From: a virus
Length of the DNA stretch: 64,000 bases
Virus genome (UHGV): UHGV-0343432
Reading direction: 5' to 3' (one strand)
Under the pieces are notes generated by a model. That model made no database searches, had not been told where the DNA came from, and was given only the letters and a program-made list of their open reading frames with translations. Shown one piece after another: positions 36,638 to 47,005 of this stretch. The first letter of the stretch is position 1. Every line of letters begins with the position of its first letter. Both the position numbers and the translations under genes were made by a program.

Positions 36638-38429
36638 TTGCGTACTCGTGAATAGTTAATTGAATGTTCTCCACTTTTAAAACAGGAACTGAGTTGTCAG
36701 ATACTGGAATATCTACGTTGTTCTTGTAGGTTTGGAACTCCCAAGAATCACCCTCCTGTATACCTGGGTTGTTGAGTTGTAACTTGAATATGAATACATC
36801 ATACTCGAGTGTAGTATACCCATCTGAACCAGGTGTAGTAGATACTCCCTCGAATGTTTTCACTTGGGCTCCATTCTTAGTTATGATTATCGTCATGGTA
36901 GAACCAGAGATTCTTGAGATAATCAAAGCCCAATAAGCATTCTCCGTGGGTACATACCTACTCTCACCCCCCACTACTTCTTTCTTAAAGTCAATGTATC
37001 CAGGGAATGTGATTTGAGCTGCGTTGGGATTTTCTGTTGTGATTGCCTTTCTCCCGTAAGGTAATAAGTAAAGTTCATCCAACGTAAGATGGTCAACAGC
37101 ATCCAGGTTATCTACCAACGCAATGATATCTGAAGTGTATATGGGTCTGTTGATATCTGAGTTGTTGTAGCTGTACTCGTTTACAAGGGCTGTCTCAACC
37201 AAAAGCTGGATATCTTGGGCTCTCTTCCCATACTTACCCCAGACAGTCAAACCTATATAGATTTGAGTTTCTCCAGCAGGGAAAGCCTGAACAGGTACTC
37301 CCAATACCTTTCTCATGTCAACATAATCCTCTAGTTTCTTTAACAGTAACTCGTTGGCTTCTCCACCATTGTCAGGAGTGATATAGTAAGAGATACCTGT
37401 CTCGCATGAGAAATCAGCTCCTACTTTATCAACACCTGGACAAAGTTTGGCTATATCAATGAAATCCTTGAAAGTTACCGCTCTATCTAAAGTTCTGAGA
37501 GAACAGCCAAGATGCTCCCTCATATCTTCTATGTTCTCCCTATCTGAACCACCAGTTGCAGCATTTGGGTTAGTTATTAATAATGTATAACCCTCTAATG
37601 CGTTTGAAGGTTCAATAGTTGGGTTACCCTGAAAAGCCGTGATAGTACCTGAATCCAAGTTACCGTTAACTCCTTGAGTTATGTTGTAGGATAACTTAGC
37701 TTCAGCTCCTGCCCTCGGTATGGCTCCCCTGATTCCATCTCCAAACTTAGCTACGAATAATCCCTCATTCACGTACTCAACCACAAATACCTGATCATAG
37801 GGACTTGAGAACCCAAGTGTCTCAACCAAATCCCATTGTTCACTGTCAATGTATATTGTACCTGAACCATCTGCGTAATTTGTGGGTAATGGTAATACTG
37901 GATTCTTACCTTCTGGTACAAGGCCAAGGTCTGTGTACTCATCTGGAGTAGTGGCACTCTTCACTGATTGTTCAAGGTCTAAAACTATTAAGTTAGAACC
38001 CTTTCTCATTACCACATCTCCCATTTGCCTGAATGGTACTCCATTAGAACCCAATAGAATGTTCTCTCCCTTGAATATAATATCTTGTTGGGCTTCTGCT
38101 GGGTTACCTTCTGAATCCATGAGTTGTACTGTTACCCTTGCAGTCGATGGGATACGGGCTTTAATCCTGTAATCAATCAACCTTGATAACTGAATCATGG
38201 AAGAGATGTGTTTGGCTGTGTAAACATATAACTCCCTTGCAGAAGTATCTACATAATAATTCAACAACTCAGTCAGAGCAGCCATGTAATCAAGAATGAT
38301 CATAAAGATATTGCTCTGACTATAATCTGTCATCTCTGGCAGTAGTGTCTTCACCCTATTAACTAGGGTTGTTTTAATGGCTCTGTATCCCCTGTCGAGA
38401 TACCCTACCCATGGATTCTCTAATTTCAT
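36624..38429 (-). CDS. baseplate wedge protein (gpJ / gp6-like)
   Basis: 601 aa, immediately after the gp25/W-like gene, which is the typical order. Confidence 0.45.
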   Translation of the reverse strand: MKLENPWVGYLDRGYRAIKTTLVNRVKTLLPEMTDYSQSNIFMIILDYMAALTELLNYYVDTSARELYVYTAKHISSMIQLSRLIDYRIKARIPSTARVTVQLMDSEGNPAEAQQDIIFKGENILLGSNGVPFRQMGDVVMRKGSNLIVLDLEQSVKSATTPDEYTDLGLVPEGKNPVLPLPTNYADGSGTIYIDSEQWDLVETLGFSSPYDQVFVVEYVNEGLFVAKFGDGIRGAIPRAGAEAKLSYNITQGVNGNLDSGTITAFQGNPTIEPSNALEGYTLLITNPNAATGGSDRENIEDMREHLGCSLRTLDRAVTFKDFIDIAKLCPGVDKVGADFSCETGISYYITPDNGGEANELLLKKLEDYVDMRKVLGVPVQAFPAGETQIYIGLTVWGKYGKRAQDIQLLVETALVNEYSYNNSDINRPIYTSDIIALVDNLDAVDHLTLDELYLLPYGRKAITTENPNAAQITFPGYIDFKKEVVGGESRYVPTENAYWALIISRISGSTMTIIITKNGAQVKTFEGVSTTPGSDGYTTLEYDVFIFKLQLNNPGIQEGDSWEFQTYKNNVDIPVSDNSVPVLKVENIQLTIHEYANETI

Positions 38430-38788
38430 AATGTATTGTTATTTAATGGTGTTATAAAGTTGATGTTGATGGCTATAGAACCATCTTGTTTTCTCTTGTA
38501 TTCCACCACATCAACCTCACATCTGGTCTCTAACTGAACTACCTTGTCTATCACTGTTTTCTTTATTAGAGCCTCTAACACTAAGTCATTTGGCTCCTTG
38601 ATAGTTTGGTATAACCCAGTACCAAACTGTGGGTTGTATGGTCTCTTGTTCAAAGGGAAAAGGAGTATGTTATTTATTGAACTCCTTAACACTTTGCTTG
38701 TTCCCTTTAGTTGGGGTCTTACCTCTCCTGAACTGTTTTGTTCAAAAGTGATTGGGAAACATAACCCCGTAATATTTCTTGTTGCCAT
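38426..38788 (-). CDS. baseplate wedge protein gp25/GPW-like
   Basis: 120 aa. GLCFPITFEQNSSGEV...LLFPLNKRPYNPQFGTGL...EPND...ETR matches the GPW/gp25 family pattern. Confidence 0.6.
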   Translation of the reverse strand: MATRNITGLCFPITFEQNSSGEVRPQLKGTSKVLRSSINNILLFPLNKRPYNPQFGTGLYQTIKEPNDLVLEALIKKTVIDKVVQLETRCEVDVVEYKRKQDGSIAININFITPLNNNTL

Positions 38789-38789
38789 G

Positions 38790-39692
38790 TTATTTATGTG
38801 CTGGGTGTGTTAACGTCTTATCATCATATTCACTAGATGCAAATTCTGAGATTGTACCTGCATAAGGTACTGTTGGTGCTGAGGGAGAACCCATTCCCGC
38901 AGTAGGATGCGTATGAACTTTATAATCATTTATCAAAGACATTAATTCTTTTTGTAATTTGTTCAACCTATCTGTTAGAGCTCCAATAGCTACTGAATTC
39001 TCCCCTCCACCATTTATAATGGTTTTACCTTGTCCATCTAACTCAACTGAATCACCTCCACTACCAATTAGCTTGATTTGTCCTTGGCCATTCATCTCAA
39101 CCTTAGATATGGTACCATCTTCCTCTATCTCCATAGTCAAGGAGGGTACTCCCAAATCTATGTTTATAGAACTTATGGTCTTCATGTCTTCATTTTGGAA
39201 GAGAAATTCAAGGTTTGAGTTGAACTCATCTAGTTTAAATGAATTTCCTTTTGGAGTAGTTATTTCTATATAACTATTTTCTTTACTAGTATTTGATTCA
39301 GGCTGCTCAGAAATTAATAATTGGTACCCCTTTGGAGTTCTAAATCTATAAACCCCCTTTTTAAAGTTTATGACATCCTCTCCTTGAGAACCCTTCGAAG
39401 GGATATAAGGTCCAAAACTCCATATTGGCAAGTGGTAATCCCCATTCACAAACTCTATTAAAACGTTGTCACCAACGTTAGGTATAATAAATGAACCATA
39501 GGTTGCTCCCATCCATTGACCTTTGGGTACAGCTTGTACTGGTAATATACCTTTACACACTGACGGTACTGATACAGAAATACGACCCCTACCTGTTGGG
39601 TCGTCATTCCTAAACACTACTCCAGAATAGGTACCATAAAATTTACCTCTCCTCTCGAGTCCCTCTTCTATAATATCTCTTAATCGTCCCAT
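38790..39692 (-). CDS. baseplate central spike (gpV/gp5 OB-fold family)
   Basis: YSGVVFRNDDPTGRGRISVSVP...KGQWMGATYGSFIIPNVGDNVLIEFVNGDYHLPIW matches the phage_base_V pattern. Confidence 0.65.
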   Translation of the reverse strand: MGRLRDIIEEGLERRGKFYGTYSGVVFRNDDPTGRGRISVSVPSVCKGILPVQAVPKGQWMGATYGSFIIPNVGDNVLIEFVNGDYHLPIWSFGPYIPSKGSQGEDVINFKKGVYRFRTPKGYQLLISEQPESNTSKENSYIEITTPKGNSFKLDEFNSNLEFLFQNEDMKTISSINIDLGVPSLTMEIEEDGTISKVEMNGQGQIKLIGSGGDSVELDGQGKTIINGGGENSVAIGALTDRLNKLQKELMSLINDYKVHTHPTAGMGSPSAPTVPYAGTISEFASSEYDDKTLTHPAHK

Positions 39693-41830
39693 TACTTTAA
39701 TTGGCTTTGATCAATTCCCCTAGCTCTCGCAGCATCTATATAAGCCTGTTGGAATTTAGGGTCATTTGGTTTAACGTAATTAACTCCAGCTTCTCCAACA
39801 GCTATACTACCATCTGTTGGTACATTGTATTTGTCCACTCCCTCTTGTCCCATATCTGTAGGCCAAGCTTGAGGGTTAGAAGGACCATTCCAGATAAACC
39901 TGGTGTTTACTCCAAATATAACTGAATCAATGAACCTTCTTCTTATATCCTCTGGGTCATAGTTCGTGAACTCCCTTACCTCATTCAACATGACAGTAGA
40001 AGTATCACCTACTTGCCTACACATCTCCATAGTAGTTTTATATCCCCCAGAACCAGAGATTGAATGTCTCACAGATTTAATGTAATAATTCCCAGTATCA
40101 GCCCCCAAACCTGTTAGTTTTACTACCATACCATCCATGATAGTTGGGTCTCCCTCTATGGTAACAGTAGCAGTTACTCCATTCATAGATGCTGCCATCA
40201 ATTTATTGGCTACATTCCAAACTGCGTCACTCGAGATTTGTGGTTGTATATAAAACAAATGACCTGAGAACTCATTGGGTTTCTTGGTTTTCTTGTTTAT
40301 AGAATCTATCGTGTAAAACGTATTGTGTTTCACTTTTGTGATAGGCTCATATTGTGGTAGTTTAGCATTTGCTCCTGCATTACCATGAGCTGTACCTGAA
40401 CCAAGTTGGTCTATGATTTTTGCAAACCCAGACCTATATACTGGGTTACCTTCTTTGTCTTCTTCAGCCTCATACTCGTAAAGATATACTTTCTCAATAC
40501 CCACATCTTTCTGTAAAGATTGGGCTGTGGCATAAGCTGCTCTGAAAGCATCATAATCCTCTAAGCTTACCTTCATACCATCTAACGTGTAAACAGTATT
40601 CTGATTAAGCATTAACCCTTGCCTATTAGCTTCTACTACTCCTTGACCTACATATGGTCCCTCAGTGTATTTACTATCATACTCATAATAAGGTTTAGCC
40701 TCTATGTATAGTGATGATGGAGTGTTAAACGCTTTTGGATTATTGTTCAAAACCCTGTTGTATATATCCTCCATAGTTTTCAGAGCTGTATTGTATTGTA
40801 CAACCTTACTCACTGTACGGAGGGTTGGGTCCTGTCCACTTGATTCAGCCTTATCCTTGTCTAAATCATCTGCATTGTATTTGATAGTACAATTAAGGAT
40901 AGTGTTATCATCTGAATAGAAGTTGAACTGTCTTTGGTGGTTCCCAGTTATACCCCTACCATGAATCAAGAAAAGGTTACCTCTTCTCGTAACATACCAA
41001 GGTCCTTCTGGCATGAAAGATAGTATTTGGTTTATTACAGCCATGATTTTATTGGCCGTGGTATTTATAATCCTTGGTGTTAACAAGAACTCTTTCACTG
41101 AATCAGGTAAATCACCCAAATCTTTGGCAGTTACTTTCTTATCTTCTTCTGGTCTTTCAAGGATAGAGTTATCCCTATATGGTCCAAGGTATACCTGCTC
41201 ATCTGGATCCATACCAGGTGCATAAGGAGCCTTCGAACCACCACCCAGAAACCTTACTATAACGTTGTATGAATCCCATACAAATTGAGGTGGTATATAA
41301 CCATTCCCTTTCTTCACTTTATTACTCTTAAACCCAACTTTACCCTTATGAGTGATAACAAGTTCAAGGTTTTCTCCACATACCCCCATAATGTATTCAA
41401 GTGGAGACTGCATGATAGTTGTGGTTTGGTTATCTTCTTGAGGTCCATACTCATCTGTTTCATTCTCATCCATTATGGCATCACTATCTGGTGACATTAT
41501 ATCTAGTGGAGAGGATAAAGATGATAGGGTTATATTTGTAGATAATCCCTTCTCAGTATATTTTCTTGTAACATCTCTGATAATGTAAGGGATTGTATCA
41601 GACATATTACCGTCTGTATACCCGAATGACATATACACTAAACCCTCATAAACAAAACCACAGGAATGTAATAAAGCTACATTCCTGGATTCAAAACCTA
41701 ATTCTATGTCATCCTTACCGTCATCTTTCCACTTACAATCAAACATCGTTAACCGTATGTTTGACCCATCAGGACATATCTCTAGCCCTGTTGGAGTGGT
41801 TAAACGTACTGTAGGTATCCTAGTTCCCAT
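39692..41830 (-). CDS. baseplate hub / late-control gpD-like tail protein
   Basis: 712 aa, positioned between the LysM protein and the spike. Assigned by synteny plus weak N-terminal similarity to the gpD family. Confidence 0.4.
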   Translation of the reverse strand: MGTRIPTVRLTTPTGLEICPDGSNIRLTMFDCKWKDDGKDDIELGFESRNVALLHSCGFVYEGLVYMSFGYTDGNMSDTIPYIIRDVTRKYTEKGLSTNITLSSLSSPLDIMSPDSDAIMDENETDEYGPQEDNQTTTIMQSPLEYIMGVCGENLELVITHKGKVGFKSNKVKKGNGYIPPQFVWDSYNVIVRFLGGGSKAPYAPGMDPDEQVYLGPYRDNSILERPEEDKKVTAKDLGDLPDSVKEFLLTPRIINTTANKIMAVINQILSFMPEGPWYVTRRGNLFLIHGRGITGNHQRQFNFYSDDNTILNCTIKYNADDLDKDKAESSGQDPTLRTVSKVVQYNTALKTMEDIYNRVLNNNPKAFNTPSSLYIEAKPYYEYDSKYTEGPYVGQGVVEANRQGLMLNQNTVYTLDGMKVSLEDYDAFRAAYATAQSLQKDVGIEKVYLYEYEAEEDKEGNPVYRSGFAKIIDQLGSGTAHGNAGANAKLPQYEPITKVKHNTFYTIDSINKKTKKPNEFSGHLFYIQPQISSDAVWNVANKLMAASMNGVTATVTIEGDPTIMDGMVVKLTGLGADTGNYYIKSVRHSISGSGGYKTTMEMCRQVGDTSTVMLNEVREFTNYDPEDIRRRFIDSVIFGVNTRFIWNGPSNPQAWPTDMGQEGVDKYNVPTDGSIAVGEAGVNYVKPNDPKFQQAYIDAARARGIDQSQLK

Positions 41831-42122
41831 AGTTCATTGTTTCAAGGTTATCCCTATTAGGGAAAATAAACTCTTTACCAACTGGTAATTCTAAGGGGTC
41901 TGTGAATTTGTCTTGGTTGTATGCGGCTATGATAAACCATAAGTTATGATTACCATAGTATTTCAAAGATATATCCATCAGAGTTTCTCCAGAAATAACA
42001 GTATGGTATATTGGATTACTCATCGTAAAGATAGGTACGTAGGATAAAAGAGCATCTGGTTGATTAGTATCTTCATTCCTATATAACCTACCTAAATCGT
42101 ATAGGTTAGTGTTTATGTTCAT
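41820..42122 (-). CDS. LysM-domain tail protein (P2 gpX-like)
   Basis: YHTVISGETLMDISLKYYGNHNLWFIIAAYN...LPVGKEFIFP matches the LysM consensus. Confidence 0.6.
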   Translation of the reverse strand: MNINTNLYDLGRLYRNEDTNQPDALLSYVPIFTMSNPIYHTVISGETLMDISLKYYGNHNLWFIIAAYNQDKFTDPLELPVGKEFIFPNRDNLETMNYGN

Positions 42123-43111
42123 CTCTGTGTGGTATTAATCACCTTGTATTGGATATCTCCCCAAGTGGGATTAAATTTAGATACCCTTTGCAAGGTTATG
42201 GTTTGAATGATATGTAAAGGAACTATCTTACTCTCACCCGCTACTCCCGTGAATTGTTTAATCACGTATGGTGCTGATATGATAGTGTAATCTACATCCT
42301 CTACTCCAAGAACTCCTATGAGGTTTATCACTGGGGGTTGTCTCTTATACCCATCGGCTTTCGAGTAAGATTCAATCTTCTTACATAAAGCGAATACTCC
42401 AGTATAATCTCCTTTTGTAGAGTACCAATCAATATCAAAGGATACTGTATCCTTACCACCCAAGTACTGTAATGGTGGTGAGTTTCTTCCGAATGCACTT
42501 ATGTTAACCCAAGTTGATTCTGGTTTAAAGTCCATATCACTGGGTATGAATGGTAACTCTATCTTGTCAAAAGAATCTCCCTTGTCAAGGTCATAGAATG
42601 CAAGGATGTATAATTTCCTACCGGTAACTGGTGTTTGTTGATTCTGCTCTTCTAGTGCATTTTTAATGGTTGAAGCTGCATCTATATAAAACGTCATTCC
42701 AGTTTGGTTATACCCATTATGGGCTTGCTCAAAATCTCCATTATTGATTAATGCAATTACTTTACTTTTATTCGTAGTTGGACCAATCTCTAATGGAGTT
42801 TTCTTATTTATAGCCTGGTCTCGGTTTCTGATTATAGCTGCATTGGTTTCTGGTATACCTCCTGCCTGTGGTCTCAACTCAGATTTCACGTATGGGAATC
42901 CCCTCTTAACATACCCATACCCCAAACCAGTGGGTCCAGTAGTAGTACCCAAATCCCCAACAAGAGTCTGAGTACCGTAAGATAGTCCCAAATGTCCCAA
43001 CGCTCTCCCAGCAAAACCACCAGGTACTGGGACATTCTTTAAAGCGTATGACCTAGCAACGTCTATCGTTTTCTTCGCTGTAGGTACAAATTCAAATTTT
43101 AACTTTGCCAT
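42119..43111 (-). CDS. tail-associated protein (gpU / DNA-circulation-like position)
   Basis: 330-aa ORF immediately downstream of the tape measure gene. Confidence 0.4.
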   Translation of the reverse strand: MAKLKFEFVPTAKKTIDVARSYALKNVPVPGGFAGRALGHLGLSYGTQTLVGDLGTTTGPTGLGYGYVKRGFPYVKSELRPQAGGIPETNAAIIRNRDQAINKKTPLEIGPTTNKSKVIALINNGDFEQAHNGYNQTGMTFYIDAASTIKNALEEQNQQTPVTGRKLYILAFYDLDKGDSFDKIELPFIPSDMDFKPESTWVNISAFGRNSPPLQYLGGKDTVSFDIDWYSTKGDYTGVFALCKKIESYSKADGYKRQPPVINLIGVLGVEDVDYTIISAPYVIKQFTGVAGESKIVPLHIIQTITLQRVSKFNPTWGDIQYKVINTTQR

Positions 43112-43114
43112 ATC

Positions 43115-45514
43115 TTAATCTCCCAGTTGTTCGTTAATAGTGTCTACTACCATTTTTTGCATACTTGCCTTGTAAACCCTTTGGAATGTTTCATCCCCTA
43201 TCGTAAAATTCAAGTGGATTATGGGGTCTATATTAGTCCTGTTTGAAGTGACTTCAGCCGGTGTAACATCTGAACCAAACTTACTTGCGGCAGCGTTTAC
43301 CCCATACAGATTCTTTATAATCCCAGGGTCTAAGGCTGATTTCATAGCTTCAGCTTGAAAAGACCTTAGCTCTCCTTGGTGAGTATTCACCCATTGGTCA
43401 AATACCCTTATGGGACTACCATTATCTATTAGGCCCTCTGCATCTTTCTGAGCCAAGTTTTTGAGTATCTCTGTTTGTTTTTTCTCCTCTTCATTATTCC
43501 CGGATAACCAAGACCAAAGAGAAGTTCCTATCGAAACTAACATGGTTATAGCTAATCCCCAAGGACCAGTTAAGAACCCAACCACTCTACCAAGTAATCC
43601 CCCAATCCGTGTAATCCAGGGTAAAGCCTTACTGAACCAACCTCCTATTCTGCCTAACCATGGCATCCAACCTAATAGCTTAGACCAGAATCCCACTTTA
43701 CCAACATTCTTTGCTGCTTGAGCTGCTTTCTCAGCTTTAGTTGTACCAGGTGCAGTACCAAACCAAGATACTCCCCAACCCTTCTTTATCTCCTCTGCTG
43801 TAGCTGGTCTATAATTCTCTGGGGTGTATTGTCTTCTGAATTGTCTGGCTGCTTCTCTAGTTTCAAATACCTTATTACCTTGTTGTGGGTTATAGATAAC
43901 CCATTGCCCGTTCATCTTTTGTGGGGCTGTCCATGGATTCTTCCCCTTTGTTGCTTTCACGTATCCAGCCCAACCGTCTGGCATTGTTTTCTTCCCTCTT
44001 GAGTTGGTGTAAACCATTGGTCCCATACCAGCTCCTCCCATTGCCATAACTCCAGCAGCTCCTTGAGCTTGATAAGCTCTGGTAGTACCCATTACTGCAG
44101 CAGTAAGTCCTTGCTGAGCAGCTGTAGCTCCAAAGATGGCCTTAGTAAGAGATGACATAACTCCCGTGGCTTTTGTTCCCCCAGCAGTAGCCTCTCCAGT
44201 TGCAAGGTTAGATTTTATCTTTAGGATGTCCATACCCATACCAGCAATACGTATAGCCATTCTCCATAGCCTCCATGCAAGTAACACAGAACCCATTGGG
44301 ATTATGATAGATTTCACAAACCCATTTTGAGCTAAAGACACTAACCCTCTTAATACTCCATTTATACCTTTTAATAAGAATTTCAAGGTTGGGGTTATAG
44401 CATCAGTGAATACAATCCCTAAGTGTTTCACCACAGTGATGAACTGGAGTATGTGTCCATATAGTGACTCCATCCTCATGTCCATGATTTCCTGTGATTT
44501 ACCAGCGGAATTGTTCAGGTCATTTATGAAACCTTTTAATTGGTCTCCATCACGTACTAGCAATGTAGCAGCCCGTTTACCACGAACTCCAAAAAGATTA
44601 TCCAATATATTTTGTCCTGCAATGGTACCAGTACCCACTCTCTTCATAGCTGCTTGGAGTTTCTCAAACACAACTGGTAGTGAAAGCATTCTACCCTGTT
44701 TGTCCATGAAGTCCTCAGTAGATAATCCAAGTTGTTGTAACGCTTTTACCTGCCTACCAGTTGCTTGTGGTCCTAAAGCCCTAGCAAAATATCTCATGGC
44801 ATTCTCCATAGCAACACCAGCCATAGAACCTTGAATACCAGCATTAGATAACAACATCAACCCAGCAGTTAATTCTTGCAGGGGTATATTTAACGAGTTG
44901 GCAGTAGAACCAGCGTACTTAATACCTTGGGCTAAGTCAGTCAAGTTCGTATTAGCCTTAACAGTGGCAACAGTAAGAATATCCCCAACTGAGGCAGCAT
45001 GTTCTACCCCAAGCTGGAAAGTCTTCATTATGTTGGTCATGATATCGGCAGTACCTAACTTACCTTGCAAAGCTGAGTCAGTGGCTCCCGCTAAATTTAC
45101 AGCAGCTGGAATAGAACCCATAATCTCGGCATACTTCATACCAGCCATACCCATATACTTCATAGCATCTGCAACTTGGTCAGAATGGAAAATCGTATTC
45201 TGTCCTAACTCCATTGCTAGCTTATCCATTCGAGCAAGCTCTGCATTGGTAGATTCTGTTACCGCTTGTACAGAAATAAGGGTATATTTGTATCTTGCTC
45301 CAGCTTCTATCACTCTACTTAAACCATACCAGGCTGAAGCCATGGCAACAGAAGTAAATCCTAGATTCCTGTAGAATTGTGATTGTGCTGAAGCCAAAGC
45401 AGCCAAGTTCTGTTTAAGGTATTGAGACTGTTGGTTAATACGAGTTGCGGGGCCTGAGAATTGGTCCCGCAACATAACCGCTAATCCTACTCCTAAAAGG
45501 GTGTTCGCAGCCAT
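43115..45514 (-). CDS. tail tape measure protein
   Basis: 799 aa, with Gly/Ala-rich helical and hydrophobic segments. It sits after the tube and chaperone genes, and its size fits a contractile tail. Confidence 0.7.
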   Translation of the reverse strand: MAANTLLGVGLAVMLRDQFSGPATRINQQSQYLKQNLAALASAQSQFYRNLGFTSVAMASAWYGLSRVIEAGARYKYTLISVQAVTESTNAELARMDKLAMELGQNTIFHSDQVADAMKYMGMAGMKYAEIMGSIPAAVNLAGATDSALQGKLGTADIMTNIMKTFQLGVEHAASVGDILTVATVKANTNLTDLAQGIKYAGSTANSLNIPLQELTAGLMLLSNAGIQGSMAGVAMENAMRYFARALGPQATGRQVKALQQLGLSTEDFMDKQGRMLSLPVVFEKLQAAMKRVGTGTIAGQNILDNLFGVRGKRAATLLVRDGDQLKGFINDLNNSAGKSQEIMDMRMESLYGHILQFITVVKHLGIVFTDAITPTLKFLLKGINGVLRGLVSLAQNGFVKSIIIPMGSVLLAWRLWRMAIRIAGMGMDILKIKSNLATGEATAGGTKATGVMSSLTKAIFGATAAQQGLTAAVMGTTRAYQAQGAAGVMAMGGAGMGPMVYTNSRGKKTMPDGWAGYVKATKGKNPWTAPQKMNGQWVIYNPQQGNKVFETREAARQFRRQYTPENYRPATAEEIKKGWGVSWFGTAPGTTKAEKAAQAAKNVGKVGFWSKLLGWMPWLGRIGGWFSKALPWITRIGGLLGRVVGFLTGPWGLAITMLVSIGTSLWSWLSGNNEEEKKQTEILKNLAQKDAEGLIDNGSPIRVFDQWVNTHQGELRSFQAEAMKSALDPGIIKNLYGVNAAASKFGSDVTPAEVTSNRTNIDPIIHLNFTIGDETFQRVYKASMQKMVVDTINEQLGD

Positions 45515-45520
45515 AATCTA

Positions 45521-45622
45521 TTATTTTTTCAATTTATCTTGAAGCTCTTTATTCTTAGCTTCCATCTCATCTATCGCTTTGTTTAGTTTCTTTAAAAGGC
45601 TAACCCTCCTTTTTGATGGCAT
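45521..45622 (-). CDS. 33-aa coiled-coil micro-ORF immediately upstream of the tape measure gene
   Basis: MPSKRRVSLLKKLNKAIDEMEAKNKELQDKLKK, stop 6 nt before the TMP ATG. In the slot where a tail-chaperone frameshift product usually lies. Confidence 0.2.
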   Translation of the reverse strand: MPSKRRVSLLKKLNKAIDEMEAKNKELQDKLKK

Positions 45623-45687
45623 CCTTAAAAAGTCTTCAAAACTCCCCACGTTAACATGGTTGACGGATAGGAATAGAAAGTCATTCT

Positions 45688-46452
45688 CTATGTCAACCGT
45701 GGAGATAAAAAATCCTCCAACTGAATTAAGGGGATATCCAACTCTTCATCCGGGTTATAAGGGTTTATGATTTTAGTTGTAATGCTTGAATTACCATCAT
45801 CAAAATCTGCCATAACCTTTCTCAAGAAAGCCATGTCCTTCGGTGTAAATTGTTTGAATGAAGTTACCGGTACATAACTCCCGTTAAACTCTTGAGCCAA
45901 TTCTCTACCCTTCAAAAGGGAGTTTGAGTTGATGTCATCTCCCAATTCCATCAAGTAATGTTCTAACCTACCATCTGGAATACGGAGTCTGAAATTCTTC
46001 CCTTCCATTTGGAAGTAAATAAAATTGTAGTCATGTACTTCTCCAGTTGCTGGAAAAGGTTTGATGTGTGACTCGTTATACCCTTCATCTTCTGGAGTAG
46101 CCGGGAAAGGCTTGGAGTAATCAAACAAATAATTGTTCAGATCTTCTTTGTAATGTACTGGTTCTGTTTTCTTATCCCATTGGTATTCGAATTCCATCTC
46201 AGCCCCCAATGAGAATACTCGAGATTGTATCAACAGATAATACTTATCTGACAACCTCATATCTATAATGTCCTGTAATTTGGGTTTACCCTTACCGAAA
46301 AGGTCTACCACTATATTACAGAGAAAAGCGTTTATGTGGTTACCAGCCTTGTTCAAACGAATGCTTGAGAGTAACTCTTCATCCTCTCCATTCTGCATTC
46401 TTATGATACAAGGTAACCCACTCGGTAATAAAAATTCTAATGTGTTTTCCAT
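45688..46452 (-). CDS. tail assembly chaperone candidate
   Basis: 254-aa ORF between the tube and TMP genes. Assigned by synteny only. Confidence 0.35.
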   Translation of the reverse strand: MENTLEFLLPSGLPCIIRMQNGEDEELLSSIRLNKAGNHINAFLCNIVVDLFGKGKPKLQDIIDMRLSDKYYLLIQSRVFSLGAEMEFEYQWDKKTEPVHYKEDLNNYLFDYSKPFPATPEDEGYNESHIKPFPATGEVHDYNFIYFQMEGKNFRLRIPDGRLEHYLMELGDDINSNSLLKGRELAQEFNGSYVPVTSFKQFTPKDMAFLRKVMADFDDGNSSITTKIINPYNPDEELDIPLIQLEDFLSPRLT

Positions 46453-46518
46453 ATCTCTTTAGTTTATATTGGGTAATAGTATAAGAACAAGTAAACCCAG
46501 GCCTAAGCCTGGGATACT

Positions 46519-46998
46519 TTAAACTATACCACCTGTACCGGAGGGAGAAGAGTAATAATCTACTGCGAACTCAATAGTTTCGATTACGTTGTCAGAACTC
46601 ATACGGTCAAGCTCCAACCCGTTAATCTTGCATGGCCAGATACCATCGACTATGTGTTTCTCAGTAGTGATACCCAACTCATCTACCAATTCAATGGTAG
46701 CCGAGTCTTTTGCAACATCGATTGGTAACCCAACTCCAAGCATAGCATTCTGGATAGAATGTATCCATACTCGAAGAGCGTTATCATTCGCGTTGTTGGG
46801 TTTCAGCTTCTCGCAAACCAAGTTGGAGAAGTGTACCATACCTGGTGTTTTCACCGGAGAGTTTATCTCTCCATGTTCTACTACATCGAGTTCAATATCT
46901 GGAAGAGTTACTCTCTGGAACTCAAATTCATTTCCTTTTAAGGAAGAGAAAGAAATCCTCCATTGGAATTTCTTTCTAGGGTTACTAAAATTTGCCAT
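46519..46998 (-). CDS. tail tube protein
   Basis: 159 aa directly after the sheath gene. N-terminus FQWRISF...FQRVTLPDIELDVVE is typical of contractile-tail tube proteins. Confidence 0.6.
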   Translation of the reverse strand: MANFSNPRKKFQWRISFSSLKGNEFEFQRVTLPDIELDVVEHGEINSPVKTPGMVHFSNLVCEKLKPNNANDNALRVWIHSIQNAMLGVGLPIDVAKDSATIELVDELGITTEKHIVDGIWPCKINGLELDRMSSDNVIETIEFAVDYYSSPSGTGGIV

Positions 46999-47005
46999 AT
47001 CGTTT

